A DNA stretch of 64,000 nt from an uncultured Clostridia bacterium. Lineage in GTDB: Bacteria > Bacillota > Clostridia > Oscillospirales > CAG-272. How positions within the stretch are numbered: the stretch's first letter is position 1; each line of letters begins with the position of its first letter. The stretch is taken from positions 7,807 to 71,806 of the forward strand of contig CANPZU010000003.1 in the NCBI GenBank assembly GCA_947588825.1. The letters run 5' to 3'. A program made the translations under genes and the position numbers. Shown in pieces: positions 1-11,141 of the stretch. The notes below the pieces were generated by a model. It saw only the letters and a list, made by a program, of their open reading frames with translations, did no database searches and was not told the origin of the DNA.

Positions 1-308
1 GCCTTTCTATATTCGAGAAGAGCGTCAACAAGAGGAGCTCTGGGATCGGATCCTTTGTCGTCAAGGTCAATTTTAGGCAGCAGCATTTTGCTCTTTATGA
101 GCATGAGCCGGCTCGCCATATCAATAAACTCCCCCGCTATATCCATGTTCATCTCCCGCATCTGCGCAAGATAATCCATGTACTGTTCAAGAATAAGCGA
201 AATAGGTATATCGTATATATTTAATTTGTTTTTTGAAATCAACGCAAGCAAAAGATCAAGCGGACCTTCGTAAATTTCAAGCTTAAAGCTTAGATTGTCA
301 AAGGGCAA
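1..308 (-). CDS. scpA: Segregation and condensation protein A (ScpA), N-terminal part; the gene runs off the left edge of the window
   Basis: The reverse-strand frame is open from position 1. A TTG start at 308..306 is preceded by AAAGGAG (plus-strand ctccttt at 319-325). The translation LPFDNLSFKLEIYEGPLDLLLALISKNKLNIYDIPISLILEQY matches the conserved ScpA N-terminal block (F.GPLDLLL.LI...K.DI.DIPI..I..QY). It is absent from the ORF track because the window truncates it. Confidence 0.8.
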   Translation of the reverse strand, partial: MPFDNLSFKLEIYEGPLDLLLALISKNKLNIYDIPISLILEQYMDYLAQMREMNMDIAGEFIDMASRLMLIKSKMLLPKIDLDDKGSDPRAPLVDALLEYRK

Positions 309-332
309 GGCGCTGCGGCTCCTTTCGAATTT

Positions 333-1010
333 TTAAAATAAGATCAGATTGTACAGTCGGACTATTCCGTAAAGCAAATACTCGCTTAAATTGTAAAAAG
401 GATTCCATCCGTACCTTGTAAGGAGTATTATCGCGATAAGAGTGACAAGCATTATCACCCTTTCATGGCGCATTACTTTAAAATAGAGCCGATCAGGAAG
501 TATAACAAAAGCAATTCGCGAGCCGTCAAACGGAGGTATAGGCAGCAGATTGAAAAAGGCAAAATAAAAATTTAAAAAAGCTAACTGAGTAAAGAATAGT
601 TCAAGCACCGGGTTTTGCGCCACCGATGGAATGAATTTGAAGCATAGACAGTATATCGATATTGCCGTCACGCCGAGAATAAGGTTCATGGCAGGACCGG
701 CAAGGGCGACGATTGCCATGCCTTTTTTGGGCTTTTTAAAATATCTTGTGTTGATCGGGACGGGATTTGCCCAGCCTATACCCAGTATGAGAAAAGAGAG
801 AGCGCCGAAAAGATCGAGGTGCTTCATGGGATTCAGCGAAAGCCTTCCAAGGTTGCGCGCAGTGGGATCTCCCAGCTTGTACGCGACATATCCATGAGCA
901 TATTCGTGAAAGGTTATCGCCATAAGCACAATAGGAACATACAGCATAAACATTATCAGTGCATCTACTATATTCCCTCTAAGCAAATCAAAAATCATCT
1001 GAAACCTCAA
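333..1010 (-). CDS. Site-2 protease family (peptidase M50) integral-membrane zinc metalloprotease
   Basis: This 225-aa ORF has a HEYAH (HExxH) motif inside a hydrophobic segment. It also has the second S2P motif NLLPIPPFDG and several predicted TM helices. Confidence 0.85.
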   Translation of the reverse strand: MRFQMIFDLLRGNIVDALIMFMLYVPIVLMAITFHEYAHGYVAYKLGDPTARNLGRLSLNPMKHLDLFGALSFLILGIGWANPVPINTRYFKKPKKGMAIVALAGPAMNLILGVTAISIYCLCFKFIPSVAQNPVLELFFTQLAFLNFYFAFFNLLPIPPFDGSRIAFVILPDRLYFKVMRHERVIMLVTLIAIILLTRYGWNPFYNLSEYLLYGIVRLYNLILF

Positions 1011-1032
1011 ATCCTTTATTCGTAATTATAAT

Positions 1033-2328
1033 TTATATGTCGTTTCTGAAAAGATCCTCGTAGGTCTCGCGCTTTATACCCAGCCTGTCCTGTCCGTTAT
1101 TGACAATTACAAGAGCGGGACGGGGCACACGATTATAATTTGACGCCATCGAGTAGTTATATGCGCCCGTAACGGTTACGGCGAGTATATCCCCTCTTTT
1201 CGCCTTTTGAAGCTTCATGTTTTCCCCGATAAGATCGCCGCTTTCACAGCAGCAGCCGGCGACGGTCACGGTAGCGTCTTTGTCCTGAGAAGCCTTGTTG
1301 GCAAGCAGCACTTCATATTTTGAGCCGTAAAGCGCGTATCTCGGGTTGTCGGTCATACCGCCGTCGACAGATACATAAGTGCGATATCCCTCGATGTGCT
1401 TGACTGTCCCGACCGTGTAAAGCGTTACTCCGGCGTTTGCAACAACAGAACGCCCGGGCTCCATCAATATCTTCGGCTCAGGAAGATCGAACCTGTCGCA
1501 AATTTCTTTTTCTTTTTCTGCTATCAGTCTTATGTTTTCGGCAATATCTATTTGCGGGTCGTTTTCCGTGTATCTCACTCCGAACCCTCCGCCGAGATTC
1601 ATATATTCGGGCGCATACCCCGTCTTTTTCATGATATCCGCTGCAAACGCGAACATGATCTCAGTCTGATTGACATAAGGCTGTGTTTCAAACACCTGAG
1701 AGCCGCAGTGACAGTGGTAACCTATAAGGCGCACGTTTTTAAGCTCAAGCGCGCGGTGCACAAGGAGCTCTGCCTGGCCGGTTTCGATCGGTGTACCGAA
1801 CTTTGAGTCCAGTTGACCTGTTGATATCGCTTTGAGCGTGTGGCAGTCGATGTTGGGCGTTATGCGAACGAACGCGTTTTGAACGATTCCTTCCTCTCCC
1901 GCAATCCTTTCAAGCGCTTCAAGCTCTTCAAAGGAATCAACTACAAATTCTCCGATTCCTTCCCTTATTGCAAGGCGAATGTTTTCATCTGTTTTGTTGT
2001 TTCCGTGAAAGCACGCCTTTGAAAGGTCGAATCCGGCGCTCTTTGCGGTATATATCTCTCCGAGAGAGCACAAATCGACATTCACGCCCTCCTCGCGCAT
2101 TATGCGGTATATCCCCTTGAAAGAGAGAGCCTTTGAGGCATAATGTATAGTACTGCCGCTTTTAAAATATTTATTCATCGCAGATATATACACTCTGCAA
2201 TTTTCCCTTACCGTTTGCTCGTCAAGAACATAAAGCGGCGTCTTATATTTTTGAGCGAGCAGAACCGTATCCGCCCCGCCTATTGTAAAATGTCCCTTAT
2301 CATTGATACCGTAACACGAATGCAGCAT
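1033..2328 (-). CDS. lysA: Diaminopimelate decarboxylase
   Basis: This 431-aa ORF shows the fold-III PLP decarboxylase pattern: HYASKA (PLP lysine), GGGFG, EPGRSVVA and CESGD. The length is typical of LysA. Confidence 0.9.
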   Translation of the reverse strand: MLHSCYGINDKGHFTIGGADTVLLAQKYKTPLYVLDEQTVRENCRVYISAMNKYFKSGSTIHYASKALSFKGIYRIMREEGVNVDLCSLGEIYTAKSAGFDLSKACFHGNNKTDENIRLAIREGIGEFVVDSFEELEALERIAGEEGIVQNAFVRITPNIDCHTLKAISTGQLDSKFGTPIETGQAELLVHRALELKNVRLIGYHCHCGSQVFETQPYVNQTEIMFAFAADIMKKTGYAPEYMNLGGGFGVRYTENDPQIDIAENIRLIAEKEKEICDRFDLPEPKILMEPGRSVVANAGVTLYTVGTVKHIEGYRTYVSVDGGMTDNPRYALYGSKYEVLLANKASQDKDATVTVAGCCCESGDLIGENMKLQKAKRGDILAVTVTGAYNYSMASNYNRVPRPALVIVNNGQDRLGIKRETYEDLFRNDI

Positions 2329-2346
2329 TTTTTACTTTTTACTCCT

Positions 2347-2940
2347 TTATTTTGTGACCAAAGACAGTATCTTTTGTATCACTTCATCCTTTCCCTCTTT
2401 TTTTAAAGCGGAAAACACAATAATATCACTGTTCTCAAGGCAAGGCTGCTCCGCAAGCCTTGCCAGAGCCTTTTTTCTTTCCGTAACATTCAGCTTATCC
2501 GATTTTGTCGCAACAACAAAATACGAGAGATCCTTTTTTGACATAAAATCAAGCATTGTTAAATCGTCCGCAGTGCAGCCCACCTTAAGGTCTATAAGCT
2601 GTGCCACTGCCGTGATATTTTGCCCGTATTTTGTAAAATATCCGTTAACAAGCGAGGACCATCTCGCCTTATCCTCAGAGCTTCGTTTGGCGTATCCGTA
2701 TCCGGGAATGTCGACAAGATAAAAAGAGTCGTCTATTAAATAATAATTGACAGTTATTGTTTTACCCGGACTTTGACTCACCCTTGCCAGGCTTTTGCGG
2801 CCTATAAGAGTGTTGATGAGAGAACTCTTTCCGACGTTTGAGCGGCCGGAAAACGCAATCTGAGGTCTGCCGTCCCTGACAAGCTGTGAAATATTGCCCG
2901 CGGTTAGCACAAGCTCCGCCTTTGAAAAATTCTTGCCCAT
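2347..2940 (-). CDS. engB: Ribosome-biogenesis GTPase EngB/YsxC
   Basis: G1 is GRSNVGKSSLIN, G3 is DIPGYG and G4 is TKSDK. It lies directly downstream of lon, as lonA-ysxC does in Bacillus. I chose the ATG at 2940; an alternative TTG at 2952 overlaps the lon stop. Confidence 0.9.
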   Translation of the reverse strand: MGKNFSKAELVLTAGNISQLVRDGRPQIAFSGRSNVGKSSLINTLIGRKSLARVSQSPGKTITVNYYLIDDSFYLVDIPGYGYAKRSSEDKARWSSLVNGYFTKYGQNITAVAQLIDLKVGCTADDLTMLDFMSKKDLSYFVVATKSDKLNVTERKKALARLAEQPCLENSDIIVFSALKKEGKDEVIQKILSLVTK

Positions 2941-2948
2941 AACACAAC

Positions 2949-5309
2949 TCAAATTGACGTCGGACGCCTTGTGAGAGCGTTGTCAAGGACCTCGTCGACA
3001 TTGTCGCAATATATAAAGTTGATATTTTCCTTTATATAATCGTCAAGCTTTGCCACGTCCTGCTTATTGTCCGAGGGTACAAGAATTGTCTTGATTCCCG
3101 ACTTGTAAGCGGCCATGGTCTTTTCCCGCAGTCCGCCGATAGCAACCACCTTGCCGCGCAAAGTGACTTCGCCCGTCATGGCGACGTCCCTATGAACGGG
3201 ATATCCTCCCAGCTCGCTTGCAAGAGCGGTAACAAGCGTAACGCCCGCGCTGGGGCCGTCTTTCGGAACGGCGCCCTCGGGAAAATGAATATGGATGTCT
3301 TTTGTTTTATAAAAATCGGGGTCTATTCCCAACCTTCCGGCGTTCTTTCTTATAAGCGAAACGGCAATCTTTGCAGACTCCTTCATCACGTCCCCCAAAG
3401 ATCCGGTCAATTCGATCTTGCCGCTTCCCGTAAGTGATACCGCCTCGACCTTGAGCATGTCTCCGCCCGCGTCGGTATATGCAAGCCCGTTTACGACTCC
3501 GACCTCGTCGGTGTCGGAAATTTTCTCATCAATCAGTCTTGTCATACCGAGATAGGAGTTTAGCTCCTCAGAGGTCACTTTGCACACCGTATCGTGATTC
3601 CCGGTCCTGACGACATTAAGGGCTATCTTGCGGCATATGGCGGCGATCTTCTGCTCGAGCATCCTGACTCCCGCCTCGCTTGTATAATGGTCTATTATAT
3701 CAAGAATGACCTTGTCGGCGATCTTAATATTCTTTTTTGTAAGACCGTGCTTTACAAGCTGCTTTGGTATAAGATGATGCTTTGCGATATTCAGCTTTTC
3801 AAGCCTGCTGTAGCTCTTCATGTGGATTATCTCCATTCTGTCTATTAGCGGTCTCGGAATGGTGTCGAGAGTGTTGGCGGTGGCAATAAAAATACAGCTT
3901 GAAAGATCGTATGGCAGCTCAATAAAATGATCTCTGAAATTCTTATTTTGATCGGGATCAAGCACTTCAAGAAGAGCCGAGGCCGGGTCTCCGTGAGCGT
4001 CTCTTGTAAGCTTGTCGATCTCATCGAGAAGTATGAGCGGATTTGAGACCTCTGCCTCTATAAGGGCGTTTATTATCCTTCCGGGCATTGCAGCCACATA
4101 GGTTTTACGGTGACCTCTTATATCCGATTCGTCTCTTATACCTCCGAGCGATATCCTGACAAATTTTCTGCCGAGAGCTTTTGCAATCGAAGAGGCGACA
4201 GAGGTTTTGCCGACTCCGGGAGCCCCCACGAGACAGATTATTTGGTTTTTTATATTGGGAGTGAGTTTTTTTACGGCAAGGTATTCTATTATTCTTTCCT
4301 TGACCTCTTCCATTCCATCATGATCCTTGTCAAGTATCTTTCTCGCCTTTTCGATATCTATTCTCTCGTCGCGGGTATATGTATTCCAAGGCAGCTCAAG
4401 CACAGTGTCAAGATAGCTCCTTATAACATTACTTTCGGGCGACGCAAACGGAAGCTTTGAAAGTTTCCCCACCTCTTTTATAAGCTTATCGGATATATCC
4501 TCCGAAAGCCCCGCGGCAACGATGCGCGTATAATACTCGGAGAGTTCCTCGTCGTCCTCCTCGCCTTCTCCAAGCTCGTTTTTAAGGACCTTGAGCTGCT
4601 CTCGCATGTAGTACTCACGCTGATTGGTCTCTATTCTCTCGCGCGTTTTTTTCTGAAGATCGATTTCGGTGTCGATTATTTCCTGCTCCTCGTTTAAAAT
4701 ACCGATAAGCAGTTCAAGCCGTTCTTCGGGATCAAATTCGCAAAGAATTGAAAGCTTATTCTCATAACGCAGCACGATCGAGCTTGCTATCAAGTCGGCG
4801 AGCTGTCCGCAATCGCTTGTGTTTTTTATGGCGTTTTTAAGAGGCTCGGGAAGCTTTGGCAGCTTTTGAAGCGTGGTTTCAAGCAACGCAAAGACGGTAT
4901 CCTTCAGCGCTTTTATCTTATGAGTGTCGCTTTTTACTCTTATTGCTTTGCATACCACTCTTGCATTTATCTCTTTTTTCTTTATATCGCAGGAAAGCAC
5001 TTGCGCCCTGCAATAGCATTCCGCCTCCGCTTTAACTCCGTTTTCAAGCTTGTCAAGCGACACGAGCTTACAGACGGTTCCCACGCTGCAAAGATCATCT
5101 GCGGATGTAACGTTCTTAAAGCGCTTATCTTTGTCTATTCTGTTGAGAGCTAAAAAATACCCCTCGTCGCCCGCAGCCTTCTTTAAAACATTTATTTGAT
5201 TTTCATCGTATACAAATATACCGAGCGGTATGGAAGGAAACGCAACGTTTTCTTCAAGCACCACCACCGGGAATACTTCTTCCGATGCGTGTTCAGTATA
5301 TACTGACAT
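2949..5309 (-). CDS. lon: ATP-dependent Lon protease (LonA type)
   Basis: It has the N-terminal LON domain, an AAA+ Walker A (GAPGVGKTS), Walker B (LILLDEIDK) and the protease Ser motif DGPSAG. The ATG at 5309 is preceded by GAGGTG; the ORF-track start at 5318 is the GTG inside that RBS. Confidence 0.95.
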   Translation of the reverse strand: MSVYTEHASEEVFPVVVLEENVAFPSIPLGIFVYDENQINVLKKAAGDEGYFLALNRIDKDKRFKNVTSADDLCSVGTVCKLVSLDKLENGVKAEAECYCRAQVLSCDIKKKEINARVVCKAIRVKSDTHKIKALKDTVFALLETTLQKLPKLPEPLKNAIKNTSDCGQLADLIASSIVLRYENKLSILCEFDPEERLELLIGILNEEQEIIDTEIDLQKKTRERIETNQREYYMREQLKVLKNELGEGEEDDEELSEYYTRIVAAGLSEDISDKLIKEVGKLSKLPFASPESNVIRSYLDTVLELPWNTYTRDERIDIEKARKILDKDHDGMEEVKERIIEYLAVKKLTPNIKNQIICLVGAPGVGKTSVASSIAKALGRKFVRISLGGIRDESDIRGHRKTYVAAMPGRIINALIEAEVSNPLILLDEIDKLTRDAHGDPASALLEVLDPDQNKNFRDHFIELPYDLSSCIFIATANTLDTIPRPLIDRMEIIHMKSYSRLEKLNIAKHHLIPKQLVKHGLTKKNIKIADKVILDIIDHYTSEAGVRMLEQKIAAICRKIALNVVRTGNHDTVCKVTSEELNSYLGMTRLIDEKISDTDEVGVVNGLAYTDAGGDMLKVEAVSLTGSGKIELTGSLGDVMKESAKIAVSLIRKNAGRLGIDPDFYKTKDIHIHFPEGAVPKDGPSAGVTLVTALASELGGYPVHRDVAMTGEVTLRGKVVAIGGLREKTMAAYKSGIKTILVPSDNKQDVAKLDDYIKENINFIYCDNVDEVLDNALTRRPTSI

Positions 5310-5552
5310 TGGATTCACCTCAATATCGGCTTTACGCCGTTAAGTACTGTGACAAATTATATAATGCGTTTTATGGCAAAGCCATTCTCACGCGCCATTT
5401 TACATGATGCCTGATTTTTAACCCATGCGCCGTCCCGGCATCTTTAAAAAAGCCCATAATGCCCGCAAAAAATAATTCATCATTTTATTTTAACACATAT
5501 TATATCGCTTTTCAATAGCAACAGTGTAAATTTTAATTTTCCGAATCTGTAT

Positions 5553-5599
5553 AAAAAAGCAAGAGAGCATTGCGGCGCTGACAAAACCGCCCGATGCTC
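5553..5599 (-). terminator. Putative intrinsic terminator downstream of the DAK2/yloV gene
   Basis: On the minus strand, a GAGCAT...ATGCTC stem (5565-5570 / 5594-5599, with additional partial G-C pairs) is followed by UCUUGCUUUUUU. Confidence 0.5.
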
Positions 5600-5629
5600 C
5601 CGGCTTTATGTACTTTGTATTACAAAATA

Positions 5630-7282
5630 TCATTCAACGGAAATCACATAGTAGTAAAGGGGCTGACCGCCTTTGAGCATAGTCACCTCGATGTCATTTC
5701 CCAGCTTATTCTCAAGCAGTTCAAGCATCTCAGATGCCTCGTCTTCATTGATGTCGCTGCCGTAAAACACCGTAACATAGGAAGAATCACGCATATGTTC
5801 CGCAAGACATTCCATTGATTGCTTCCGATCATCAGAGACGTACCTCACCTTATGCTCAACTAATCCGAGAAGCTGACCCTTGCTTATTAATTTGCCGTCA
5901 AAGGCGGAGTCATGGGCAGCAAATGTCATCTCAAGTGTTTTAACGGAGCTCATAGCGTCGTTCATGCACTTTGTGTTTTCATCTTCGGCGGCGTCGGCAT
6001 TAAAAGCAAGCATCGCAGCAAGTCCCTGCGGCACGCTTTTACTGGGTATAACTACCGCCTTTTTCTCCTCGCACAGTCCTGCCGCCTGCTTTGCAACCAT
6101 ACAAATATTGCTGTTGTTGGGAAATATGTATACAATTTCGCTGGGGGTCACTCTTATTGCGTTCAGTATCTGTTCGGTTGAGGGATTCATTGTTTGGCCT
6201 CCGTACACGAAGCTGTCCGCTCCGAGACCTTCAAAGGTAGACCTGATTCCTTCGCCCATAGTCACGGCTACAAAGCCGTACTTTTTTTCAGGAGGTGCAA
6301 TGGTATCTTCCTTTTTTTCTTTTTCCTTTTCCGCCTTGCCCTCGTCCTGAGAAAGCTCTCCGGCACCGCCCGAAAGTCGGGAATGTTGAAGCCGCATATT
6401 TTCTATCTTAACGCTGTGAAGCACGCCGTATTCAAGAGCCTTGGATATGACCTTTCCGGGATCTTTAGTGTGTACATGTACTTTTATTATATCAAAGTCG
6501 TCGACAAACACGGCGCTGTTGCCGGCCTGCATGACAAATTCTCTGAAAGAGGTGGCCATGTCCTCGCCCTTATATCCCTCGCTTTTGTCAACGATGCACT
6601 CGGTGCAATAGGGATATTCTATATCCGCTTCATCAAACAGAGAAAAATCGGCTCCGTTTTTTCTCTGAGTGTCCTTAAGCTCGACCGGACGGTTTCTAAG
6701 CGCCTCGTTTATTCCTTCAAGAATCGCCACAAAACCTGCGCCTCCCGCGTCCACCACATTTGCCTGCTTGAGTACGGGAAGGAGATTCGGAGTGTCGGCA
6801 AGAGTCGCTTTTGCAAGGCATTCCAGTTTTTCAAACAGACCGAGAACATCCTCACAGTCTGCGGCGCCTTCGGCGCATTCTCTCATAACGGTAAGTATAG
6901 TGCCCTCGGTGGGGTTTTGTATAGATTTGTAAGCCTCTTCCACACCCTTTTTAAACGCCGAAAGTATCTCGTCCTTTCCCGCGCTTTCAAGACCTTCAAA
7001 GCCCTTGGAAACTCCTCTGAAAAACAGAGCCAAAATCACTCCCGAGTTGCCGCGTGCGGAACGAAGCATTAAGGAAGCGATTGCCCTTGAGCATTCTCCC
7101 AAGGCAAAGGGCAATGACGGAGCTTCCTCACGCAGAGGACTCATCGTCATACTCATGTTTATACCTGTATCACCGTCGGGAACGGGAAAAACGTTAAGCT
7201 CGTTTATACGCTCCTTGTTGTTGTCAAGAGAATTAGCGGCAGATAACATTATCTGTTTATACACGTTACCGTCGATATTCAT
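5630..7282 (-). CDS. DAK2 domain fusion protein (YloV family)
   Basis: An N-terminal DAK2 domain carries PDGDTGINM, and the C-terminal half is YloV/DegV-like. The ATG at 7282 (MNIDGNVYKQ) is preceded by GGAAGG. The ORF-track start at 7336 adds an implausible hydrophobic extension. Confidence 0.85.
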   Translation of the reverse strand: MNIDGNVYKQIMLSAANSLDNNKERINELNVFPVPDGDTGINMSMTMSPLREEAPSLPFALGECSRAIASLMLRSARGNSGVILALFFRGVSKGFEGLESAGKDEILSAFKKGVEEAYKSIQNPTEGTILTVMRECAEGAADCEDVLGLFEKLECLAKATLADTPNLLPVLKQANVVDAGGAGFVAILEGINEALRNRPVELKDTQRKNGADFSLFDEADIEYPYCTECIVDKSEGYKGEDMATSFREFVMQAGNSAVFVDDFDIIKVHVHTKDPGKVISKALEYGVLHSVKIENMRLQHSRLSGGAGELSQDEGKAEKEKEKKEDTIAPPEKKYGFVAVTMGEGIRSTFEGLGADSFVYGGQTMNPSTEQILNAIRVTPSEIVYIFPNNSNICMVAKQAAGLCEEKKAVVIPSKSVPQGLAAMLAFNADAAEDENTKCMNDAMSSVKTLEMTFAAHDSAFDGKLISKGQLLGLVEHKVRYVSDDRKQSMECLAEHMRDSSYVTVFYGSDINEDEASEMLELLENKLGNDIEVTMLKGGQPLYYYVISVE

Positions 7283-7326
7283 TTTATTTTCCTTCCGTGA
7301 AATTGATATACAACTTAACAAAATAA

Positions 7327-7355
7327 ATAGTATCACATTGTAAAAACTTTGTCAA
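7327..7355 (-). promoter_or_regulatory. Sigma-A type promoter for the yloV-like gene
   Basis: The minus strand reads TTGACA (7355-7350), a 17-nt spacer, then TGaTACTAT (-10 at 7332-7327). This is a near-consensus extended -10. Confidence 0.55.
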
Positions 7356-7475
7356 GTATTATTGCATTTTGTTTGAAGGATCAAGGCAAATTTAACTTAT
7401 TCCGTATACTATCATACTATATACTATATGGAAAGTTTACGCTCTATATTCCGAAAAAAACCGTTGCTTGGCTTG

Positions 7476-7512
7476 CAAAAACTCGCTGCCGCAAATACGA
7501 CTTTGCGGCAGC
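7476..7512 (-). terminator. Intrinsic terminator after rpoC
   Basis: The minus-strand stem GCTGCCGCAAA / TTTGCGGCAGC (7512-7502 / 7495-7485, 11 bp perfect) is followed by GAGUUUUUG. It lies 13 nt after the rpoC stop. Confidence 0.8.
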
Positions 7513-7524
7513 CTTGATTTAAAA

Positions 7525-10500
7525 TCACTCTTGCTCGGCAATCTCTTCGGATTCTGCGTTTTCCTCGTTCGGGATATCCTCGCTGTCAGGTATAATATCC
7601 TCTTCGACATTTGCACGTTCAACAATGATATTGTTATATCTAGGCATACCCGTTCCGGCGGGAATGAGCTTGCCTATGATGACATTTTCTTTAAGTCCGA
7701 CAAGATGGTCGACCTTTCCGGCAATGGCTGCCTCGGTAAGAACCTTTGTGGTCTCCTGGAAGGAGGCGGCGGAAAGGAAAGACTCGGTCTGAAGCGAAGC
7801 CTTTGTTATGCCCAAAAGTACAGGAGAACAGGTTGCGCACCTGAGAGTGCTCTCGCCTTCGGCGATCCTTTGGCGAATCGCATTATTGGCAAAGTCAAAC
7901 TCGGTATTGTCGACGACCGATCCCGTAAGAAGCTCGGTGTCTCCGCTGTCCTCTACACGGCACTTTTTGGTCATTTGACGGGCAATGACCTCGATGTGCT
8001 TGTCATTAATCTCAACAGACTGTATACGATATACTTTCTGTATTTCTTTAATGATATAGTCGTAAGCGGCGTCGACCCCGTTAATCCTCGTAATGTCGGC
8101 AAGAGACATGTTACCTTCGGTAAGAGACTGCCCTTTTGTAACATAATCGCCGTCTGAAACGAGTATTCTCGTACCGAGAGGAATCGAATATGTGACTATC
8201 TCCTGAGTGGATGCGTCGGTCACCGTGACGTTTTTCGCCTTCTTTGCATCCATTATTGAAACAATTCCGGCAATCTCCGAAACGGTAGCTACTTTTTTGG
8301 GCTTTCTTGCCTCAAACAGCTCTTCGACTCTCGGAAGACCCTGAGTTATGTCGCTTGCTCCTGCAACGCCTCCGGTGTGGAAGTTACGCATGGTAAGCTG
8401 CGTGCCCGGTTCTCCTATCGACTGCGCCGCGATGATACCGACCGCCTCGCCGACATTTACCTTTGAGGTTGTGGCAAGGTCCATACCGTAACAGTGAGAG
8501 CATATGCCATGCTTGCACTTACACTCGAGCACCGTTCTAATATTGACTTCCTTAATACCTGCCAAAATAATCTTCTTGACCTGCGTACCGTTCAGCATCG
8601 TGTCGTTTTCGGCAATAAGTTCCCCGGTATTTGGATCGACGATATCGCCTATCACATAACGGCCAAGCAGTCGGTCCTCAAGCTTTTCAATGATCTCGTT
8701 GCCTTCTCTTATCTCGGTCACATACATGCCCTTTGTGGTTCCGCAATTCTCTTCGCGTATAATAACGTCCTGAGCGACATCCACCAATCGGCGTGTAAGA
8801 TATCCGGAATCGGCGGTTCTGAGCGCGGTATCGGAAAGCGCCTTACGTGCGGAACGCGCCGCTATAAAGTATTCAAGGATATTAAGACCTTCACGGAAGT
8901 TGGATTTAACGGGAAGCTCTATAGTGCGTCCCGTGGCTGTAGTCATAAGTCCGCGCATACCGGCAAGCTGACGCATCTGTGTGGTATTACCGCGGGCGCC
9001 GGAATCGGCCATCATTTTGATCGGATTGTAGCGGTCAAAACCGTTTTGTATCGCGCTTACAACATCCTTAGTGGCCTGATCCCATATCGATATGACCGCT
9101 CTGTAGCGCTCGTCCTCGGTAAGCTCGCCGCGCTCAAAGTGCTTTCTTATAACTTCAACGTCATGTTCGGCCTGAGATACTATATCGTATTTGGCAGAGG
9201 GAACGTCGACATCCTTGATAGAAATGGAAATGGACGCCTGCGTTGAATATTTGTATCCCATTGACTTGATACTGTCAAGCACCTCCGCAGTGACATTTGC
9301 GCCGTGCAGCTTTATCGAGCGGTCAACTATCTCGCCGAGCTGTTTTTTGCCGCAGGTGAACGCTATCTCAAGGTCAAGAGCGTGCCTGATATCGCTTCTG
9401 TCGACATATCCGAGGTCCTGAGGAATAGCCCTGTTGAATATAAGACGTCCGTATGTTGCGTCTATTATTCCCGAGACTTCTTTGCCGTCTATCACCTTTG
9501 TCACTCGCACCTTTATGGGAGCGTGCATGCCGATGACGCCCTCCTCATATGCCATTTCAACCTCATTTATGTCGCGGAAATATTTGCCTTCGCCGTTTTC
9601 GCCCGCTCTGTCAATGGTCAGCCAAAACGAGCCAAGAACCATGTCCTGCGAGGGAACGGTAACCGCTTTGCCGTCCGCAGGTTTTAGAAGGTTGTTCGCG
9701 GAAAGCATAAGGAACCTTGCCTCCGCCTGCGCCTCCGCCGAAAGGGGAACGTGAACAGGCATTTGGTCGCCGTCAAAGTCGGCGTTGAAGGCCGTGCAAA
9801 CAAGAGGATGGAGCTTTATGGCTCTTCCCTCTACGAGAACAGGTTCAAAGGCCTGAATGGAAAGGCGGTGAAGGGTCGGCGCGCGGTTCAAAAGAACGGG
9901 ATGCTCTTTTATAACGTTTTCAAGCGCGTCCCATACCTCGTCGTTGACTTTTTCCACCTTTTTCTTTGCGTCCTTAATGTTTGTCGCCTTCTGCGTTTCG
10001 ACAAGACGCTTCATAATATAAGGCTTGAAGAGCTCGAGGGCCATTTCCTTGGGAAGTCCGCACTGGTATATTTTCAGCTCGGGACCGACGACAATGACCG
10101 AACGTCCCGAATAGTCGACACGTTTTCCGAGAAGGTTTTGACGGAAGCGTCCCTGCTTGCCTCTCAGCATTTCGGAAAGCGACTTAAACGGTCTGCTGCT
10201 CGGTCCCGTGACCGCTTTGCCTCTCTTGCCGTTGTCAATGAGCGCGTCCACAGCCTCTTGAAGCATTCTGCGCTCATTTCTGATGATGATCTCGGGAGCG
10301 CTGAGCTCCATGAGTCTTCTGAGTCTGTTGTTTCGGTTTATTACCCTTCTGTAAAGGTCATTGAGGTCCGAGGATGCAAATCTTCCGCCGTCAAGCTGCA
10401 CCATGGGACGTATATCGGGAGGAATGACGGGAAGAACGTCAAGTATCATCCATTCCGGCTTGTTTCCGCTCTTTCGAAACGCCTCGACAACCTCGAGTCT

Positions 10501-11121
10501 TTTGATTATTTTTGCCTTTTTTTGCCCGGACGCCTTTTCAAGCTCACTTTTGAGCTGCACCGAAAGGGCGTTAATATCAAGCTCGGAAAGCAGGGTTTTT
10601 ATCGCTTCTGCGCCCATTCCCGCCTTGAAATCGTCCTCATAGCGCTCTCTGTACTCCTTGTATTCCCTGTCGGTAAGAAGCTGATTTTTACTAAGGGGAG
10701 TCTCTCCGGGGTCGGTAACTATATACTGAGCGTAATAGAGAACCTTTTCGAGATCTCTCGGCGATATTTCAAGAAGAAGTCCCATACGAGAGGGTATCGC
10801 CCTGAAATACCATATGTGCGACACCGGAGCGGCGAGCTCAATATGTCCCATCCTTTCGCGGCGCACCTTTTTGGTGGTCACCTCGACTCCGCATTTGTCA
10901 CAAATTTTTCCCTTATAACGGACTCTCTTGTATTTTCCGCAAAGGCATTCCCAGTCCTTTGTCGGTCCGAATATCCTTTCGCAGAAAAGACCGTCACGTT
11001 CCGCTTTAAGCGTTCTGTAGTTTATGGTCTCCGGCTTCTTCACCTCTCCGTAAGACCACTGTCTTATCATTTCGGGGGAAGCAAGGCCGATCCGTATAGA
11101 ATCAAAAATGCTGTCATCCAT
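7525..11121 (-). CDS. rpoC: DNA-directed RNA polymerase subunit beta'
   Basis: This 1198-aa ORF has the catalytic NADFDGDQM motif and an N-terminal zinc-binding CxC...CxxC ([22 protein letters not shown]). It sits 20 nt downstream of rpoB. Confidence 0.98.
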   Translation of the reverse strand: MDDSIFDSIRIGLASPEMIRQWSYGEVKKPETINYRTLKAERDGLFCERIFGPTKDWECLCGKYKRVRYKGKICDKCGVEVTTKKVRRERMGHIELAAPVSHIWYFRAIPSRMGLLLEISPRDLEKVLYYAQYIVTDPGETPLSKNQLLTDREYKEYRERYEDDFKAGMGAEAIKTLLSELDINALSVQLKSELEKASGQKKAKIIKRLEVVEAFRKSGNKPEWMILDVLPVIPPDIRPMVQLDGGRFASSDLNDLYRRVINRNNRLRRLMELSAPEIIIRNERRMLQEAVDALIDNGKRGKAVTGPSSRPFKSLSEMLRGKQGRFRQNLLGKRVDYSGRSVIVVGPELKIYQCGLPKEMALELFKPYIMKRLVETQKATNIKDAKKKVEKVNDEVWDALENVIKEHPVLLNRAPTLHRLSIQAFEPVLVEGRAIKLHPLVCTAFNADFDGDQMPVHVPLSAEAQAEARFLMLSANNLLKPADGKAVTVPSQDMVLGSFWLTIDRAGENGEGKYFRDINEVEMAYEEGVIGMHAPIKVRVTKVIDGKEVSGIIDATYGRLIFNRAIPQDLGYVDRSDIRHALDLEIAFTCGKKQLGEIVDRSIKLHGANVTAEVLDSIKSMGYKYSTQASISISIKDVDVPSAKYDIVSQAEHDVEVIRKHFERGELTEDERYRAVISIWDQATKDVVSAIQNGFDRYNPIKMMADSGARGNTTQMRQLAGMRGLMTTATGRTIELPVKSNFREGLNILEYFIAARSARKALSDTALRTADSGYLTRRLVDVAQDVIIREENCGTTKGMYVTEIREGNEIIEKLEDRLLGRYVIGDIVDPNTGELIAENDTMLNGTQVKKIILAGIKEVNIRTVLECKCKHGICSHCYGMDLATTSKVNVGEAVGIIAAQSIGEPGTQLTMRNFHTGGVAGASDITQGLPRVEELFEARKPKKVATVSEIAGIVSIMDAKKAKNVTVTDASTQEIVTYSIPLGTRILVSDGDYVTKGQSLTEGNMSLADITRINGVDAAYDYIIKEIQKVYRIQSVEINDKHIEVIARQMTKKCRVEDSGDTELLTGSVVDNTEFDFANNAIRQRIAEGESTLRCATCSPVLLGITKASLQTESFLSAASFQETTKVLTEAAIAGKVDHLVGLKENVIIGKLIPAGTGMPRYNNIIVERANVEEDIIPDSEDIPNEENAESEEIAEQE

Positions 11122-11141
11122 TGTGAGATCTTCTCCTTTTC

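Noticed and set aside
6194-7072. A 292-aa plus-strand ORF antisense to the DAK2/yloV gene.
   Set aside because: The minus-strand frame carries the DAK2 DGDTG motif and a proper RBS. The plus-strand ORF has no motif and a biased composition.
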